Source: the human T2T-CHM13v2.0 reference genome, Homo sapiens
DNA length: 64,000 bases
Assembly (NCBI RefSeq): GCF_009914755.1
Contig: NC_060925.1
Strand: one strand, 5' to 3'
In this document: one piece after another, positions 14,511 to 30,123 of the stretch
Position numbering within the stretch: position 1 is the stretch's first letter
Layout: every line of letters starts with the position of its first letter
Made by a program: the position numbers and the translations under genes
Notes under the pieces: model-generated
The model's database searches: none
What the model was told of the DNA's origin: nothing
Seen by the model: the letters and a program-made list of their open reading frames with translations, nothing else

Positions 14511-15542
14511 CTAGATTACAATCAGCCAAACGAGTCTATAATGACTGGAAGAGACATTTGCTCTATCAAATGCACACACCAATACAAGACTATGTGGAAA
14601 ATAAAGAATCATGATACCATCACAAGAAAGTTCCAGTAATTAACCATAGAAAATGAAGTTCTATGAGTTGCCTGAAAAAGAGTTAGAGGAATCACATTGG
14701 GGATTTCAATGAGATACAAGAGAACACAGACAGAACACTAAATGAAATCAGAAAAACAATGTATGAACAAAATGAGATTAATAAAAATAGAGACTAAACC
14801 ATTAAAAAAGAACAAAACAAATTCTGGAGATAAAAATACAACAACAGGAGAGAAAAACTGGAAAAAGAGTTTCAACAGCAGGCTCAATCATGTAAAAGAA
14901 AGAATTAATGAACTTCAAGACAGATAATTAAAATTATTCATTTGGAGGGATAAGAGAAAAAAGAATGAAAAAGTGAAGAAAGCATACAAGACTTATATGA
15001 CAACATCAAGTGAACAAATATATGAGTTATAGAAATTCTAGAAGAAAAAGGAATATAGAAAAGGGCAGAAGGCTTATTTTTTAAAATAATGACTAAAAAC
15101 ATATCAAATCTTGGCTGGGATATAGACATTCACATATATGAAACTCAAAGAATCCCAAGAAAGATCAAACCAAAGAAGATTACACCAAAGCATACAATAA
15201 TCTAATTGTCAAAAGTCAAAGACAAAGAGAGAATTTTTAAAGCATCAAGGAAAAAGTGACTCATCATATTACAAGGCAATTCCTATTAGGCTATCAGTAG
15301 ATTTCTCAACAGAAGCTTTGCAGGCCAGAAAGGAGTGGGAAAATATACCCAAAGTCCTGGGGGAAAAAAAAAAAAAAGCTTACACCCAAGAATACTATAA
15401 CCAATAAAAAGCTGTCCTTCAGAAATGAAGACATTCCCAGACCACCCCTCACCCCCCAAAAATGCTGAAGGAGTTCATCTGCACTAGACCTAACTTACAA
15501 GAAATGCTAAAGAAAGTTCTCCAAGTTATAACAAATGGAATC

Positions 15543-15922
15543 TGCTATGAACTGAATATTTGTATCCCCATCTTCCCTCACAAAATCCATATGTATAAAG
15601 CTAATCCTTAATATAAGTGTATTAAAAGATATTGACCCCCAATGTGATAGTGTTAAGAGGAAGTGATTAAGTCATAAGGGAAAACCCCTCATAAATAAGA
15701 TCTGTGCCCTCATAAAAAGAAGCCTGAAGAAGGTTTTTTGTTCCTTCTGCCATGTGAAGACAAAGCTAGAGGCATCGTCTATGAAGCAGATAGTAGGCAT
15801 TCACTAAACACCAAATCTGCCAGTGATTCCCTGGCTTCAGAACTGTTAGGAAAACACTTTTCTTGTTTATAAGCTAAGCATTTTAAGGTATTTTATAATA
15901 GCAGCCTGAAATGGCTAAGACA
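15543..15922 (+). mobile_element. MLT1A0-like MaLR solo LTR
   Basis: tgctatgaactgaat...atagcagcctgaaatggctaagaca, with TG..CA termini. Confidence 0.8.
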
Positions 15923-17405
15923 TATGCTAGGTAACAACATAAAAACATATAAAAGTATAAAACTCACTTGTAAAATGAAATACATGCTCAAATTGTAAAT
16001 GCCCTAATATTGTAATTATGACACGTAAATCATGTTTAATTCTAATATAAAAGCTAAAAGAAAAAATATTACAAATAACAATAACCAATAATTTGTTAAT
16101 GATTACACAATACATAATAAAAATATGTAAACTATGACATCAGTAACATACAACGTGGAGTGGGGAAAATAAAAATTTAGATTTTAAATACAACTAAAGT
16201 TAAGTTGTTATCAGCTTAAAATAGACTTATATTTTTGGTAAGCCTTGTGATAATCACAAAATAAACCGCTAGTAGAGACACAAAAGAGAAATAAATCAAA
16301 GCATAACATTGCCAAAAATTAACAAATGGCAAAGGAACAAGGCAAGAGTGGAAGAAAGGAACAAAAGAACTACAAAACAGTCAAAAAATAATTAACAAAA
16401 TGGCATTGCCTATCAATACTTACCTATCAATAATTACTTTAAATGTTAAGGGATTAAATTCTTCAATCAAAAGACAGAGTGACTGAGTAAAAACAAGATC
16501 GAACTATCTGCTCCTACGAGATACTCACTTTACCTTTAAGGACACACATAGACTAAAAGTGAAGGGATGGACAAAGTTATTTCATGGAAATGGTAATCAA
16601 AAATGAACAGAGGTAAGCACAGTTACATCAGACAAAATAGATTTCCAGTCAAAATCTGTCACAAAAGGCAAAAAAAAGTTACTTTATAATGATAAATTTA
16701 TCAAGAGGATATAGAGTTGTAAATATCCATGCACCTAACACTGAAGCGCTTAAATATATAACGTAAATATTAACAGAACTTAAAGGAGACAAAGATAGCA
16801 CTACAATAATAGTAAGTAATTTCACAACTCCACTTTCAATAATGAATAGGTTATTCAGACAGAATATCAATAGGAAAACAGCAGATTTGAAGTACACTTC
16901 AGAGTAAATGTAAATAGCATACATACAGAATACTGCTTCCAAGAGTTGCAAAATACACATTCTTCTCAAGCACACATAGAACATTCTCCAGGATAGATCT
17001 TATATTAGACCATAAGACAAGTCTCAAAATATAATTTAAAAGACTGAAATTATATCAAATATATTTTACAAGAATAATATAAAATTAAAAATCAGTAACA
17101 GAAGAAAAACTAGAAAATTGTACAAATTACCTGGAAATTAAACACTGCACTCTTGAATAACCAGTGGGTCACAGAATACATTAAAGGAGAAATCAAAAAA
17201 TGTATTCAGACAAATAAAAAGGAAAACAACATACCAAAGCTTATGTAAGGCAGCAAAGGCAATTCTAAGAGGGAAGTTTATGGTGATAAACGCCTACATT
17301 TAAAAAAAGAAATATCTCAAACAACCACCTCTAGGAACTAGAAAAAGGACAAATTAACCCCACAGTTTGCATAAGGAAGAAAACAATGAATATTAGAGTA
17401 GAAAT

Positions 17406-17454
17406 AAATGAAATGAAATGAAATGAAATGAAATGAAATGAAATGAAATGAAAT
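17406..17454 (+). repeat. (AAATG)9 pentanucleotide repeat, equal to (TTTCA)n on the minus strand
   Basis: Read directly; expanded from L1 ORF2 gaaataaatgaaatagaa. Confidence 0.95.
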
Positions 17455-18205
17455 AGAAGCTAAAAAGAATAGTAGTTTTCTAAAGAAACAGAAAGGATCA
17501 TGAGAGACTACTATGAACTACTATACATCAAAAAATTGAATAACCTAGAAAAACTGAATAAATATCTAGAAACATACAACATACCAAGATGGAATTATGA
17601 AGAAATAGAAAATATGAACAGACCAATAACCAGTAAGAAGATTGAAGCAATAATCAAAAACTTCTCAACAAACAAAAGCCGAAGAACAGATGGCTTCAGA
17701 GGTGCATATTGCCAAGCATTTTTAAAAAAGTAATGCCAATCCTTCTCACGCTTTTTCAGAAAATTGAAGAAAGGATACTTCCAATCTCATTTCAAAAGGC
17801 CAGAATTACCTTCCCACCAAAGCCAGATAAGGACACTAAAATAAATGAAAATTACAAGTTAATATTCCCGACGACCATAGATGGAAAAATTCTCAACAAA
17901 ATACTAGCAAAATCAAATTTAACAGCACATTAAAAGGATCATATACCATTACCCCCAAGTAGGGTTTGTCCCTGGAATGCAAAACTGATTACGTATATAC
18001 AAATCAATAATGTTATATGTCACATTAACAAATGAAAGACAAAAATTATATAATCACATATGTAGATGCAAAAAAAATTTGACAAAATTCAACACCCTTT
18101 CATAATAAAAACTCTTAACAAATCAGGTGTAGAAGGGAATTACCTTAACATAATAAAGACCATATATGACAAGCTCATAGCTAACATCATACTCAATGGG
18201 GAAAA

Positions 18206-19245
<1,040 letters not shown>

Positions 19246-19276
19246 TAAACAAAGCCTGAAATATGTCATGATGCTA

Positions 19277-19638
<362 letters not shown>

Positions 19639-19960
19639 TCACAGGAGCAGCTAAAAGGACTCCCCCCACTGGTCAAATCTGATACAATTTGAGTATCAAA
19701 ATAAATAATAATGGATTATAACACAGCAATAAAATAAAAATCTGCCATTTTTATAATGAGTCTACCATAAAAATACATAAATGGAGAGGGCAAGGAATGT
19801 TTGTCTTTATAATATAAGCTAACTAATAAATATAGAAAGAATGATGGAGTTAGAAAATCACCATTGGATGCCAAAACTGGTGGGTGAAAATTTGAGAAGA
19901 ATTGTATATTTATAATTCTTAAAATATGTAACCAAAATTCTTATTCATTACAAACAGGAA

Positions 19961-21530
19961 TATTTTATTGACACACAATTATTGTACATCTTTTTGGGGT
20001 ATGTGATATTTTTATACATGTATATAATGTATAATTATAGAATCAGAATATTTAGGATACCCATAACCTCAAACATTTCTTGTTTCTTTATGTTGGGAAC
20101 ATTTCAGATTTTCTCTTCCAGATATTTTGAAATATAAAATAAAGTATTGTTAACTATAGTCATACTAGTGTGTTATTGAACACTAGAACTTATTTTATCT
20201 AACTGTGTATTTGTACTCATTAACCAACATCTCTCCAGTCTCCCCCAACACGTGCCAGCCTTTGGTAACCATCATTCTACTCTTCTCGTGAGACCAAATT
20301 TGTAGCTCCCACACATGAGTAAGATCATGTAAAATTTCTCTTTCTGTGCCTGGCTTCTGTCACTTAATAAGACCTCCAGTTCCATTCATGCTGCTACAAA
20401 TGACGGGATTTTATCCTTTTTATGGATGAATAGTATTACATTGTTTACATATATTACATTATCTTTATCCACTTATCTATTTATGGACACTGGTTGAGTC
20501 CATATCTTGACTATTGTGACTAATGCTGCAATAAACATGGTGTGTAGGTATTCTTTTGGTATACTGGTTATCTTTCCTTTGCATAAATACCCGGTAGTGA
20601 GATCACTGGATTGTATGGCAGTTCCATTTTTAGTTTTTTAACCTCCATACTGTTTTTCATAATGGCTGTACTCACTTACATTCCCACAAACAGTGCAAGT
20701 GCTCCCATTGCTTTGCATCCTTGCCAACATTTGTTATTTTTTGTCTTTTTGACAACAGCCATTTTAACTGGTGAGATAATATGTCATTGTGGTTTTGATT
20801 TACATTTTCAGGATGATTAGTGATGGTGAGCATTTTTTCATATACTTGGTCATTTATATGTCTTTTGAGAAATGTCTATTCATAATCTTTGCCCACATTA
20901 TAATGGAATTTTTTTATGTTTAGTTGTTTGCGTACCTTGTATATTATGGATATTAGTCCCTTGTTAGATGAATAGTTGGCAAATATTTTCTCCCATTCTA
21001 CAGGTTTTCTCTTCACTCTGTTTATTATTTTCTCACTGTGAAGAAGACTTTTAGTTTACTATAGTTCCATTTGTCTATTTTTCTTGTTGTTGCCTGTGTT
21101 TTGAAGTCTTAGCAGTAAAATACTTGCCTAGATCAATATTTGGAAGTGCTTCCTCTATGTTTTCCTCTAATAGTTTTATAGTTTTGGGTTTTCATTTAAG
21201 TCTTTAATCTATTTTGTGTAGATTTTTGCATATGGTGAGAGATGGAGGTCTAGTTTGATCTTCTGTACATGGACATTCAGTTTTCCCCATCTCATTTATT
21301 AAAGAGGGTGTCCTTTCTCCAATGTATGTTCTCGGCACCTTTGTAAAAAATGGCTATAAACTTGTGAATTTATTTCTGAGTTTTTGAGTCTGTCTTATTG
21401 GTCTGTGTTTCCATTTTTATATCAGTACCATGCTGTTTCGGTTACTATGGCTTTGTAGTATATTTCGATGCCAGTTAGTATGATCCCTCCAACTTTATTC
21501 ATTTTACTCAGAATTGCTTTGGCTATTTGC
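19961..21530 (-). mobile_element. 5'-truncated L1MA (MA4/5-like) 3' end
   Basis: Antisense L1MA 3'UTR (attgttaactatagtca, ggtaaccatcattctactc) and ORF2 C-terminus. Confidence 0.85.
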
Positions 21531-21583
21531 CTCACAGAGAAATAAAGTGGAGAAACTGAATAAACATTATTTTATCCAAGTTA

Positions 21584-21662
21584 TTAGGTTGGTGCAAAAG
21601 TAAATGCAGTTTTTGCCATTACTTTTAATGGGAAAAACCAATTTACTTTTGCACCAACCTAA
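21584..21662. mobile_element. MADE1 (Hsmar1-derived mariner MITE)
   Basis: 79-bp palindrome ttaggttggtgcaaaagtaa...ttacttttgcaccaacctaa flanked by a TA duplication. Confidence 0.95.
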
Positions 21663-22324
21663 TATTAAAGGTAACAGATATTTGGAAGCAAATTTATGAT
21701 GTGCCTTCTAATAAAATTCAGTGAGAAGAATATATCATCACTTCATAATATTCTTGCCAAAAATATATACTAGGTCTAATCATGAAGAAATACCAGGCAA
21801 ATAAATATTGAGAAACATTCTACAAAGCAACTGGCTTGAAATCTTCAAAAATATCAAGGTCAAGAAGCACAAATGCAGACTGAAGAGCTGTTCCAAATTA
21901 GACACTAAAAAGATGTGGCAACTAAATGTAATGCAGAATCCTGGAGTTAATCCTAGATTTTGAGAAATCAATAGTTATATAGGAATTTATTAGAACAATT
22001 GATTAAAATAAGATGACAGTATTATATTAATATCAAATTTCCTGATTTTTATAACTCTAATCTGGTTATGCAACAAAATGACTTTGTTCGTAGTATATAC
22101 ACACGGACATAGTTAGACATAAAGGAGCGTATCTTGAACTTACTCAGAAATTTTTTTTCCAGGAAAAGAATACAAACACACACACACATTCATACACAGA
22201 GGGACAGAGAAAATGGTAAAATATAAACAATTGGCTAAAATGAGTAAAAGGTATATGAGAGATACCTTAAAATATTTTTGAAACCTTTCTGTACAACTGA
22301 AAGTATCTCAAAATATACTGTCAC

Positions 22325-23900
22325 CGGAGCCAACATGGAGTAACAGGGACTAGGTTTAACCTTCACCCAAAACAAACAAACAAAAATGAACAAAATATAT
22401 GAAACAACAATTTTCAAGATACAGGATATCAGGCAGTATAAGACAGTAATCTATGAGAAAAGGTAAACAAATAAGGGGATAATTACCTTAGAGAGAGTTT
22501 TTAGAATGCAGGGGAGGGGAGGGAAAACCCAGACAAAGCCCAGAAAATTTCTTAGGTTAAAGAAATACAGATATGAGACTAGGGAAGCCAATGTGTCCAA
22601 GTTCAAATGGCAATGTACTAGACAGGAGAAATATTCACTGAAAAATAAATCTAGAGAACTGCAGAGACTCCATCTCAAGTCCTCAGCTGAGTACTGATCA
22701 GAGGATCAGTAAAGAAAATACCCAAGTCTAGGGAAAGAAGCACCCAAAAGCAACAGAGGGAAAATATTCAGAATTTACATATAGCCAGATGTGGTTTATG
22801 TTCCCATCATCCAGAGTAGGAAATGTTACAATTCATGTGGACATTGCCATAGGAGTGGGGGAAAGCCATCCCTGGATTAAATCTTCTCTAATGCCACCTA
22901 AAAAAGCTTAAAATCATGCCTCAGAAAGATTATATGATTTTCAAATAACTGAATAAAGTTGAGAAATATTATATTTATTAATACAAATATACAATTATAT
23001 TTACAAATATAAATGCTAGGTATTTTATAATCCAGCATTTTATCAAAGTAAAATGCAAAATGGCTGTCATCCAATCAAAAATTAGAAGATATGCAAAGAA
23101 GCTGAAAAATAAAGCCTCTAATAAGGAAAAGAAAAAAAGAATCAATGGAAACAGATACATAAATAACATGAACGATACAATTAGTAGACAATGACATTAA
23201 AATAATTGTTATAACTATGTTCCATTTGTTCAAATACATAGAGGAAAGATTGCAAATGACAAGTAGAAACATGGAGGACATTTTAAAAATCTAGATTGAA
23301 CTTCTACAGATAAATCTACAGTATGTGGGATGAAAAGTGCACTGGATGGGATTAAAAGCAGATTAGATTCCAAAGGAAAAATAAATTGAAAACATAGCAA
23401 TAGAAACTAACTAAAGGTAACACTGAGAAAGAAAACGATAAAAATAAAGAACATCAAGCACCCTCAGCCATCTGATTTTCATGTAATTCGAGCCCTTGGG
23501 AAAAAAGGTAAAATAGGGTTACACAAAAAATATTTGAAGAAATAAGGGCAGGTTTTTTCCATATGTGATAAAAACTATCCACAGATCCAAGAAGCTCAAT
23601 AAATCCCAGGTATGAAAAATAAACAGAAACCCACACCAAGGCACATAATACTGAAAAAAAAAGACTGACAACAGATGTCTTGTTAGAAACAATATGAGAA
23701 AGAATAGTAGCAGAATATATTTTAAAAGCTGAAAGAAAAATCTGTCAAGACAGAATTCTATACCCAGTGAAAGTATCTGTCAAACTGAAGGCAAAACAAA
23801 GATTTTTTTCAGACACAAATAAGCTGAAATAATTTATCACAAGCAGACCTGCACTACAGGAGAGGTTAGTGATAGACTTTCAGTAAGAAAGAAAGTGGGC
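22325..23900 (+). mobile_element. Old L1M (MD/ME-like) 5' end and ORF1
   Basis: aacatggagtaacagggac 5' motif, and ORF1 3' motifs (cacaccaaggcacataat, agaattctatacccagtgaa). Confidence 0.65.
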
Positions 23901-23904
23901 CTGT

Positions 23905-25470
23905 GAAATAAAAATAATTATTTACTTCCACAATACAGTGGTGGGACAGGCATAGGATATATATTTCCAACCCAAAAGGGGAAAAGAGGCAGGAAAAAAT
24001 GGGTAACTGGTCCCAAGTAAGACCAAAACTCACCAAGAAAAACAATCTTTCACTTCCTGTGCCACCTTCTTGAGGTGGGGACAATGCCTGGATTCAAACT
24101 TCAGTGTGATGGATGCCAAATCTGCCCAGTACACTTCCTGGGTACCAAATGTACCACATGGGGCAGGAAGGGCACTGCATTCAAAGGTGCAATGGGGAGG
24201 GGAGAATTTGGACCCCCAAAGTCTTAGGCAGCTCTGCCTCTATGGTTTTGCTAGACTCTGCCCACACAACAGCTCACGGGCTGGAGTTTCATACCTGCAG
24301 CTCTACCAGGTTAGTATACCATTCTGGTAGCTGTATAATTCTGGGATCTTGATGGTGGCCCCACTCTCACAGTTTTACTAAGCATTGCCTTAGTGTGGGT
24401 TCTCAAAAGTCCTCTGACCCTTCAGCAAGTTTCTGACTGGCTCCCAGCCTGTCTGCAACATTCTTTGAAATGGGTGGAGGCTACAATGGCCCCACAGGGC
24501 ATACACTCTGCACCACAGAGTCAGCACCATGTGGACCCCACCAAGAATGATCACTTGCCCTCTCCAGAGTGGCAGCACAAGCTGCATCTGAGCCTACTTT
24601 TGCCACAGCTGGGGCAACCAAGGAGTCCTGCACTGGAATGCAAAGAGAAGAGTTCCACGGTAGCTCTGGGCAGCAAATACTGAGGTCCTTGAGGTACCCC
24701 TCTGGAAACTTTGCCCTCAAGGTCCTAGTTCTGCCTTCCATAAAATTTCTAAGGCATGAACATAATTCCACCAAGTTATTGACAGCTGCATAACAAGAGT
24801 ATCCTTTATATAAGTTTTGAATACCTTATTCCTCATTTCCATCTGAGACATCAGAAAAGCCTTTACTGCCCATATTTTTACCATCATTCTGATCACAGTC
24901 ATTTAAATAATGCCTCAGAAGACGTAGGCTCTTTCTACAGCTTTTTTCTTCTGAGATCTTACCAGAATTGCCATAATACACCATTCATGGCAATCTAGGC
25001 TTTTTCTAGCATGCTCCTCCAAATTCTTCCAGCCTCTACCCATTACTCCATTCCAAAGCTGTTCCACATTTTTAGAAATTGGTTACAGAACACCCCACTT
25101 CTGATACCTGCTTCTGTCTTCATTTGTTTTGTGTTGCTATAACAGAATACCAAAAACTGAGTAATTTATGAACAATAGAAATTTATTTCTCACCATTGTG
25201 GAGACTGGGAAGTCTAACATCAAGGTGCCAGCATCTGGTGAGGTCCTTCTTGCTACATCATCCCCTGGCAAGGCAAGAGAGGTAAAGAGCAGGGGAGCAA
25301 AGGGTCAAACTCACAGCCTCAAAACCTTTTATAATTGGCTTCATTCCATTCATGAGAGTAGAGCCTTGATGACATAAACACCTCCCATTAGTAGCTACCT
25401 CTCAACACTGTTGCATTGGGGATTAAGTTTTCAATACGTGCTTTGTTGCGGGTACATTCAAACCATAGCA
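23905..25470 (-). mobile_element. MST (MSTC/D-like) LTR 25115-25470 plus internal region 23905-25114; second LTR absent
   Basis: LTR termini tgtctt...aaaccatagca. The internal region resembles 1861-3391 (cccattactccattccaaagc, ccccacttctgatacc). Confidence 0.8.
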
Positions 25471-26142
25471 GCTATTATAAAAAAGACAAGATATAAGTGT
25501 TGGGGCAAGGATGTGGATAAAAGTTTACCTGTTACGGTTTAAATATTTTTTCTTTCCAGAACTCATGTTGAACCTTAACTCTCAGTGTGGCAATATTGAC
25601 AGAAAGTCTTTAACAAATGATGTGGACAAAGGCGTCATGGATGAATTAATTCATTCATGGGTTAATGAGTTAATGGATTAATAGGTTATCATGGGAATGA
25701 GACTGGTGGCTTTTTAGGAAGAAGACAGACTTGAGCTGTCACATTCTTGCCCCCTCACCCTGTGATGCCTTCTGCCATGTTATTATGCAGTATGAAGCTC
25801 TCACTAGCAGCTTACCTGATGCTGCTGCCCAATTTTGAACTTCCCAGCCTCCAGAACTGTGAGCCAAAACAAACCTCTTTTTAAAATAAATTACCTAGTC
25901 TCAGATATTAAGTTATAGCAACAGAAAACAGACTAAGACAGAATCCTTGTACACTATTGGTGGGAATGTAAATTGGTACAGATATTACGAAAAACATTAT
26001 GGAACTCCCTCAAGAAACTTAAAATAGAATTACCATATAATCCAGCAATCCCACTTCTGAATACTAAAAGATTTGAAATCAGTTTGTTGAAGAAATGTTT
26101 GCAATCCCATGTTCATTGCAGCACTATACACGATAGCCAAGG
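25471..26142 (+). mobile_element. L1MA ORF2 C-terminal fragment split by an MSTC LTR
   Basis: LKKLKIELPYNPAIPLL peptide; ggatgtggataaaag...cttgtacactattggtgggaatgtaaattggtac. Confidence 0.75.
25529..25940 (+). mobile_element. MSTC-like MaLR solo LTR
   Basis: tgttacggttt...gggttaatgagttaatggatta...ttatagcaacagaaaacagactaagaca. Confidence 0.8.
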
Positions 26143-28174
26143 CAGCTACACCATCAGGATATGCGGAAGTTCACTGTCTTTCTATTTCCATAACTTTTCC
26201 ATTTCTACTTCTACCTCTTAATTGCTACTGCACAAATATTTACAAAATAAACTAGCAGGTCATGTGACTTTGCCTGTATAATTCATCAAATGTCTACTGT
26301 TGCTCCACAAGATAGTCACTTTATTTAGTGTTCTTTCACTTTAAGTCTTTCCTGATTATAGATGAGAAATAAATGTTGTCTGGACTTCCTGGAAGACCTT
26401 CTGTCATTACTTGAATGCTTAATCATCTGTGACTATTCTTGCCCCCCATAGTAAATGTCCTCAGCTAAAAATTGAAGTTAAGAATCTGTTATGTGGGACA
26501 AAATTTTGTCTTATTTCAATTTGTCAATATGTAACCAGTGCTTTTCTCTTTAACTCTTTGATGCATCATGTGTCATACTTGAGCCTAATAGTTGTCAGCT
26601 CTCTTGGCAGAAAAGAGAAAGTGTAGCAACTAGATGGATGAAAATTATTTCATAGATTTTCTTTTCTCTGACCCCCACCACAGTGAGCCTCAAGCTTCAA
26701 TTGATGAAGCAAATAGACTTGACACCACCCATTCTTTTATTCAGTAAGTTTTTAAATTCCCCTTAAGTGTTTAATAAATAAACTATTAAGACATTTCCAC
26801 CACAAGTTGTTTTTACCCTATAATTTGCCTGGGTTTAAATCAGGCAATCATATTCTGTCAAATAGAATTATAGCTCTTTTGAATATAGCATTCATCACTG
26901 TGTGCCTACAAATTCTGTATGTCACAGTACAGCATTAATCCCACACAGCTCTCATGTTCTACATCTAGGAGGTAGTCACACAATCACTGAAGAGAATACA
27001 GGTGTGAGATCTTGAACTTGTGAAGCATATAAGTGGCTATTTGGAAACACACATATCCTAGAAGCAACTCTGATATTAAGAAGGAATAAAATGAGAACAA
27101 GAGTTAATAAATAAAAAGTCAAAGATAGGAAGAGGCTTAAGAAAATCTAGGAAGAGTTTATGAATAGGAACATGAATGAAAAAGGAGCCGCCCCAGCAAC
27201 TCTCTCATAGGTCTTAGCAGAAACCAGAAAAAATGCTGATGTCAGTACATAAAGCAGGAAAGGTCTCAAGAAAAAGCAACATTACTAATGGACTTTCAAA
27301 AGGAGCTAAAAATACTGGAGGTTACTGACTTCTGGCAAATGAAAGTGGCATGCAAATTAAATGTCCTTCCTCCATTCAGGGAGGGACAATGAATGAACAG
27401 TATGTTTTTTTTTTTTCTGAACAAGATGAGAAGAAAATCATCCATTACAATGTCTATATGATAGTAAATGAATAAATGTTTATTCAAAGAAAAAAGGAAT
27501 GTTTGAGTTACATCAAGGTTAATCTTATGAATCCGAAATGGAAAGTCTTCAGGAAAGTTTAGAAAGTGTAATGACATTTCCATTCACTCCTTGGTTTTAA
27601 CTCAAGGTCAGAGGAAAACTTTTAAAAATATGCCAAGATACGCCATCACAAATGCTCATAGTTCATGACCTTTAATATTTGTCACCATCAACTGTGACAA
27701 GCCATGTTCTCTCTGTTATAGGGAAATAAGGCCCTTTCACAAAATCAATATGCAACATTTTAGAATAGTTGATATTCTTGATCTTGGCAATTAAAGGGGG
27801 AAAATTATGTACTTGATAAATAAGTGGTTAAAATAAGTGGAAGTTTTATTATCATCATTGAATTTATAAATTTTCTTAGTCACCAAGAAACCAAGTCTTC
27901 TAGAACCTATCTCTCACATATGGTGAGGATCTTCTCTTGAATATTGTCTATATTTATGCCCTTATCCAAACCTCAGTAGTTTAGCTTTCCTTCTCCATAT
28001 GTATGTAACATCCTGTATAGGCAAAAATAAGTGCTTCTACTGATTCCTCATCACTGAGACAAACAACACTGAGAGCAGATTTGAAATAAATTCCATCATA
28101 ATTGTCTCTTGCTTTCAACCTTGCCTGTGTACCCAACACACATACTCCTAAATGCAACCACATTCCAAAAATGC

Positions 28175-28675
28175 AAATCTCTTTATGTCACTCCTCTGTT
28201 TAAAACCTTCAGAGCCTCATAATACTTTCAAGATAAATTCAAATTTTGTACCATGACACAGAAGAGCATTCATGATCCACATCTTTCCAGCCTCAATTTG
28301 TTGACTCTCCCCAAAGTCATTCATGTCTTTTCATTTATTGAAAGCTTTCTGTTTGCTACACATACCATGATGCCACACACCCTTTTAGTATTCTTGTGTG
28401 ATTCCCTCTACCTCTAGTACCAAGCCTAATCTTACCTTCAACACCTGAGTCAAGAGTTTATATTTATGAAGCTATATATTTCTTCTCTGTACTTTCATAG
28501 CACTTCATACATAACTCTCTTACAGCACTCATACTAGGCTGGCATTTTTTATTTTTTTCATCTCTCTTTCCTTACTAGACCTCCTTGAAGCAAGGCCTAT
28601 ATTAGTTGATCTTCATGCCAATGGCACCTAACAGTTTAGCTCATCCACAGATGTTCAATAAATGCAGGTTAAATT
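28175..28675 (+). mobile_element. L2 3' fragment
   Basis: gtcactcctctgtttaaaaccttc and actagacctccttgaagcaagg...gttcaataaatgc. Confidence 0.65.
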
Positions 28676-28685
28676 TTTAAAAAAA

Positions 28686-28753
28686 GATGGATGGATGGAT
28701 GGATGGATGGATGGATGGATGGATGGAAGGAAGGAAGGAAGGAAAGAAAGAAA
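28686..28753 (+). repeat. Compound STR (GATG)10(GAAG)4(GAAA)3
   Basis: Read directly; lies at the L2 tail. Confidence 0.95.
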
Positions 28754-28767
28754 AAGGGAGAAAGGGT

Positions 28768-30100
28768 GGGTTATAAATTGAATGCTTGTCTGCCTCCCAA
28801 AATATGAATGCTGAAACCCTAACCCACAATATGATGGTATTTGGAGATAGAACCTTTGGAAGGTAGTTAGGGTTAGATAAGGTCATTAGGTTGAGGCCTT
28901 CATGATGGAATTAGTATTCTTATAAGAAGAGCCACCAGAGAAATTGCTCACATCCTTTCTCCTCACACATTCAAGAAAGGCCATGTGAGCCTTTCTTCAC
29001 AGCAAGAAGGCAATTCTCTGCAAACCAGGAAGAGAGCCCTCACCAGGAACCAAGTCAGCTGGCACCTTGACATTAGTCAAGCTTTCTGAACAGTGTGAGA
29101 AAATAAACGTCTGTAATTTAACCTCCCACTCTATGGTATTTTGTTACAGCAGCCCGAGCTGACTAAGACAGATTTGGGTACCAAGAAGTAGGGTACTACT
29201 GTAATAAATATGTAAAAATGTGAAGGTAGCTTTGAAACTGGGTAATGGATAGAGATTGGAAGAATTTTTAGGAGTATGCCAGAAATATAGGCATTGAAGT
29301 CTATTCTGGTGTAGTCTCAGAGAAAAAATTAAGAATATTTTATTGGAAAATGGAGGAAAGGTGATCCTTGTTATGAGGTGGCAAAGAACTAGGCTGAACT
29401 GTGTTTTAGTGTTTTGTGGAAAGTAGAACTCATGAGTGATAAAATTGGATATTAAGCTGAGGAGATTTCTAAGCAAAGTGTTGAAAGAGTAGCTTGGTTC
29501 CTTCTGACTACTAATAGTAAAATGTGATAAGAGAGAGATTAATTGGAAAAAATAATAGTTATGGAAAATGAACCAGAGCTTGAAGATTTAAAAAATTCTA
29601 CCCCTATGTATTTTGCAATATGCCTATCCATATTGCAAAAAAATGAGAAATCTTGTTCTGAAGAGGAGACTAAGGTTATAGATGAACAACCATTTGATAA
29701 AGAGATCATGAGTGTAACTCATGAACTTAACTGGCCATTTTAACGAAGCCAGGAATAGAGATGGGATTATACCAGCAAAGACATGGCTAGTTTAATCCAA
29801 AGGAAATAGAGAAAGCAGAATGTAATGAAGGAATTCTGTCAGATTTCCTAGATTCTACAAGACCAGACCACAGAGCTATTTGGCTGTGAGCACACACTAT
29901 TCTTCAAGGAAAAGGAAAAATTGATCCCAAAGATTCAGAGATCATAAGGAATGCCACTCTCACCACAGGCCCAGAAGCAAGACTGTTTCCTCCTTGGTTT
30001 CAAAGGGTGGGGCCACCTCTTTGGTTTTCCCAGGCCAGGATGATCCTGCCCAGTGTTTCAGAGGTGGGGGCCATCCTTGAAGAAAGCTTGTGGTATTTTA
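28768..30100 (+). mobile_element. MLT1A-like LTR (28768-29170) plus partial internal sequence
   Basis: The LTR ends cagcagcccgagctgactaagaca and is followed by gatttgggtaccaagaagt and gctgaggagatttctaagcaaagtgttgaa (MaLR internal). Confidence 0.8.
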
Positions 30101-30123
30101 TTTTGTCAGCCTTTGCTAAGACA

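Larger units (their letters stand above)
14520..18205 (+). mobile_element. L1MA-type LINE-1 (ORF1 to mid-ORF2), 3' truncated, split by a MaLR LTR
   Basis: ORF1 remnants, ORF2 EN start ~16400, and RT-proximal peptides ([42 protein letters not shown]). Confidence 0.8.
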
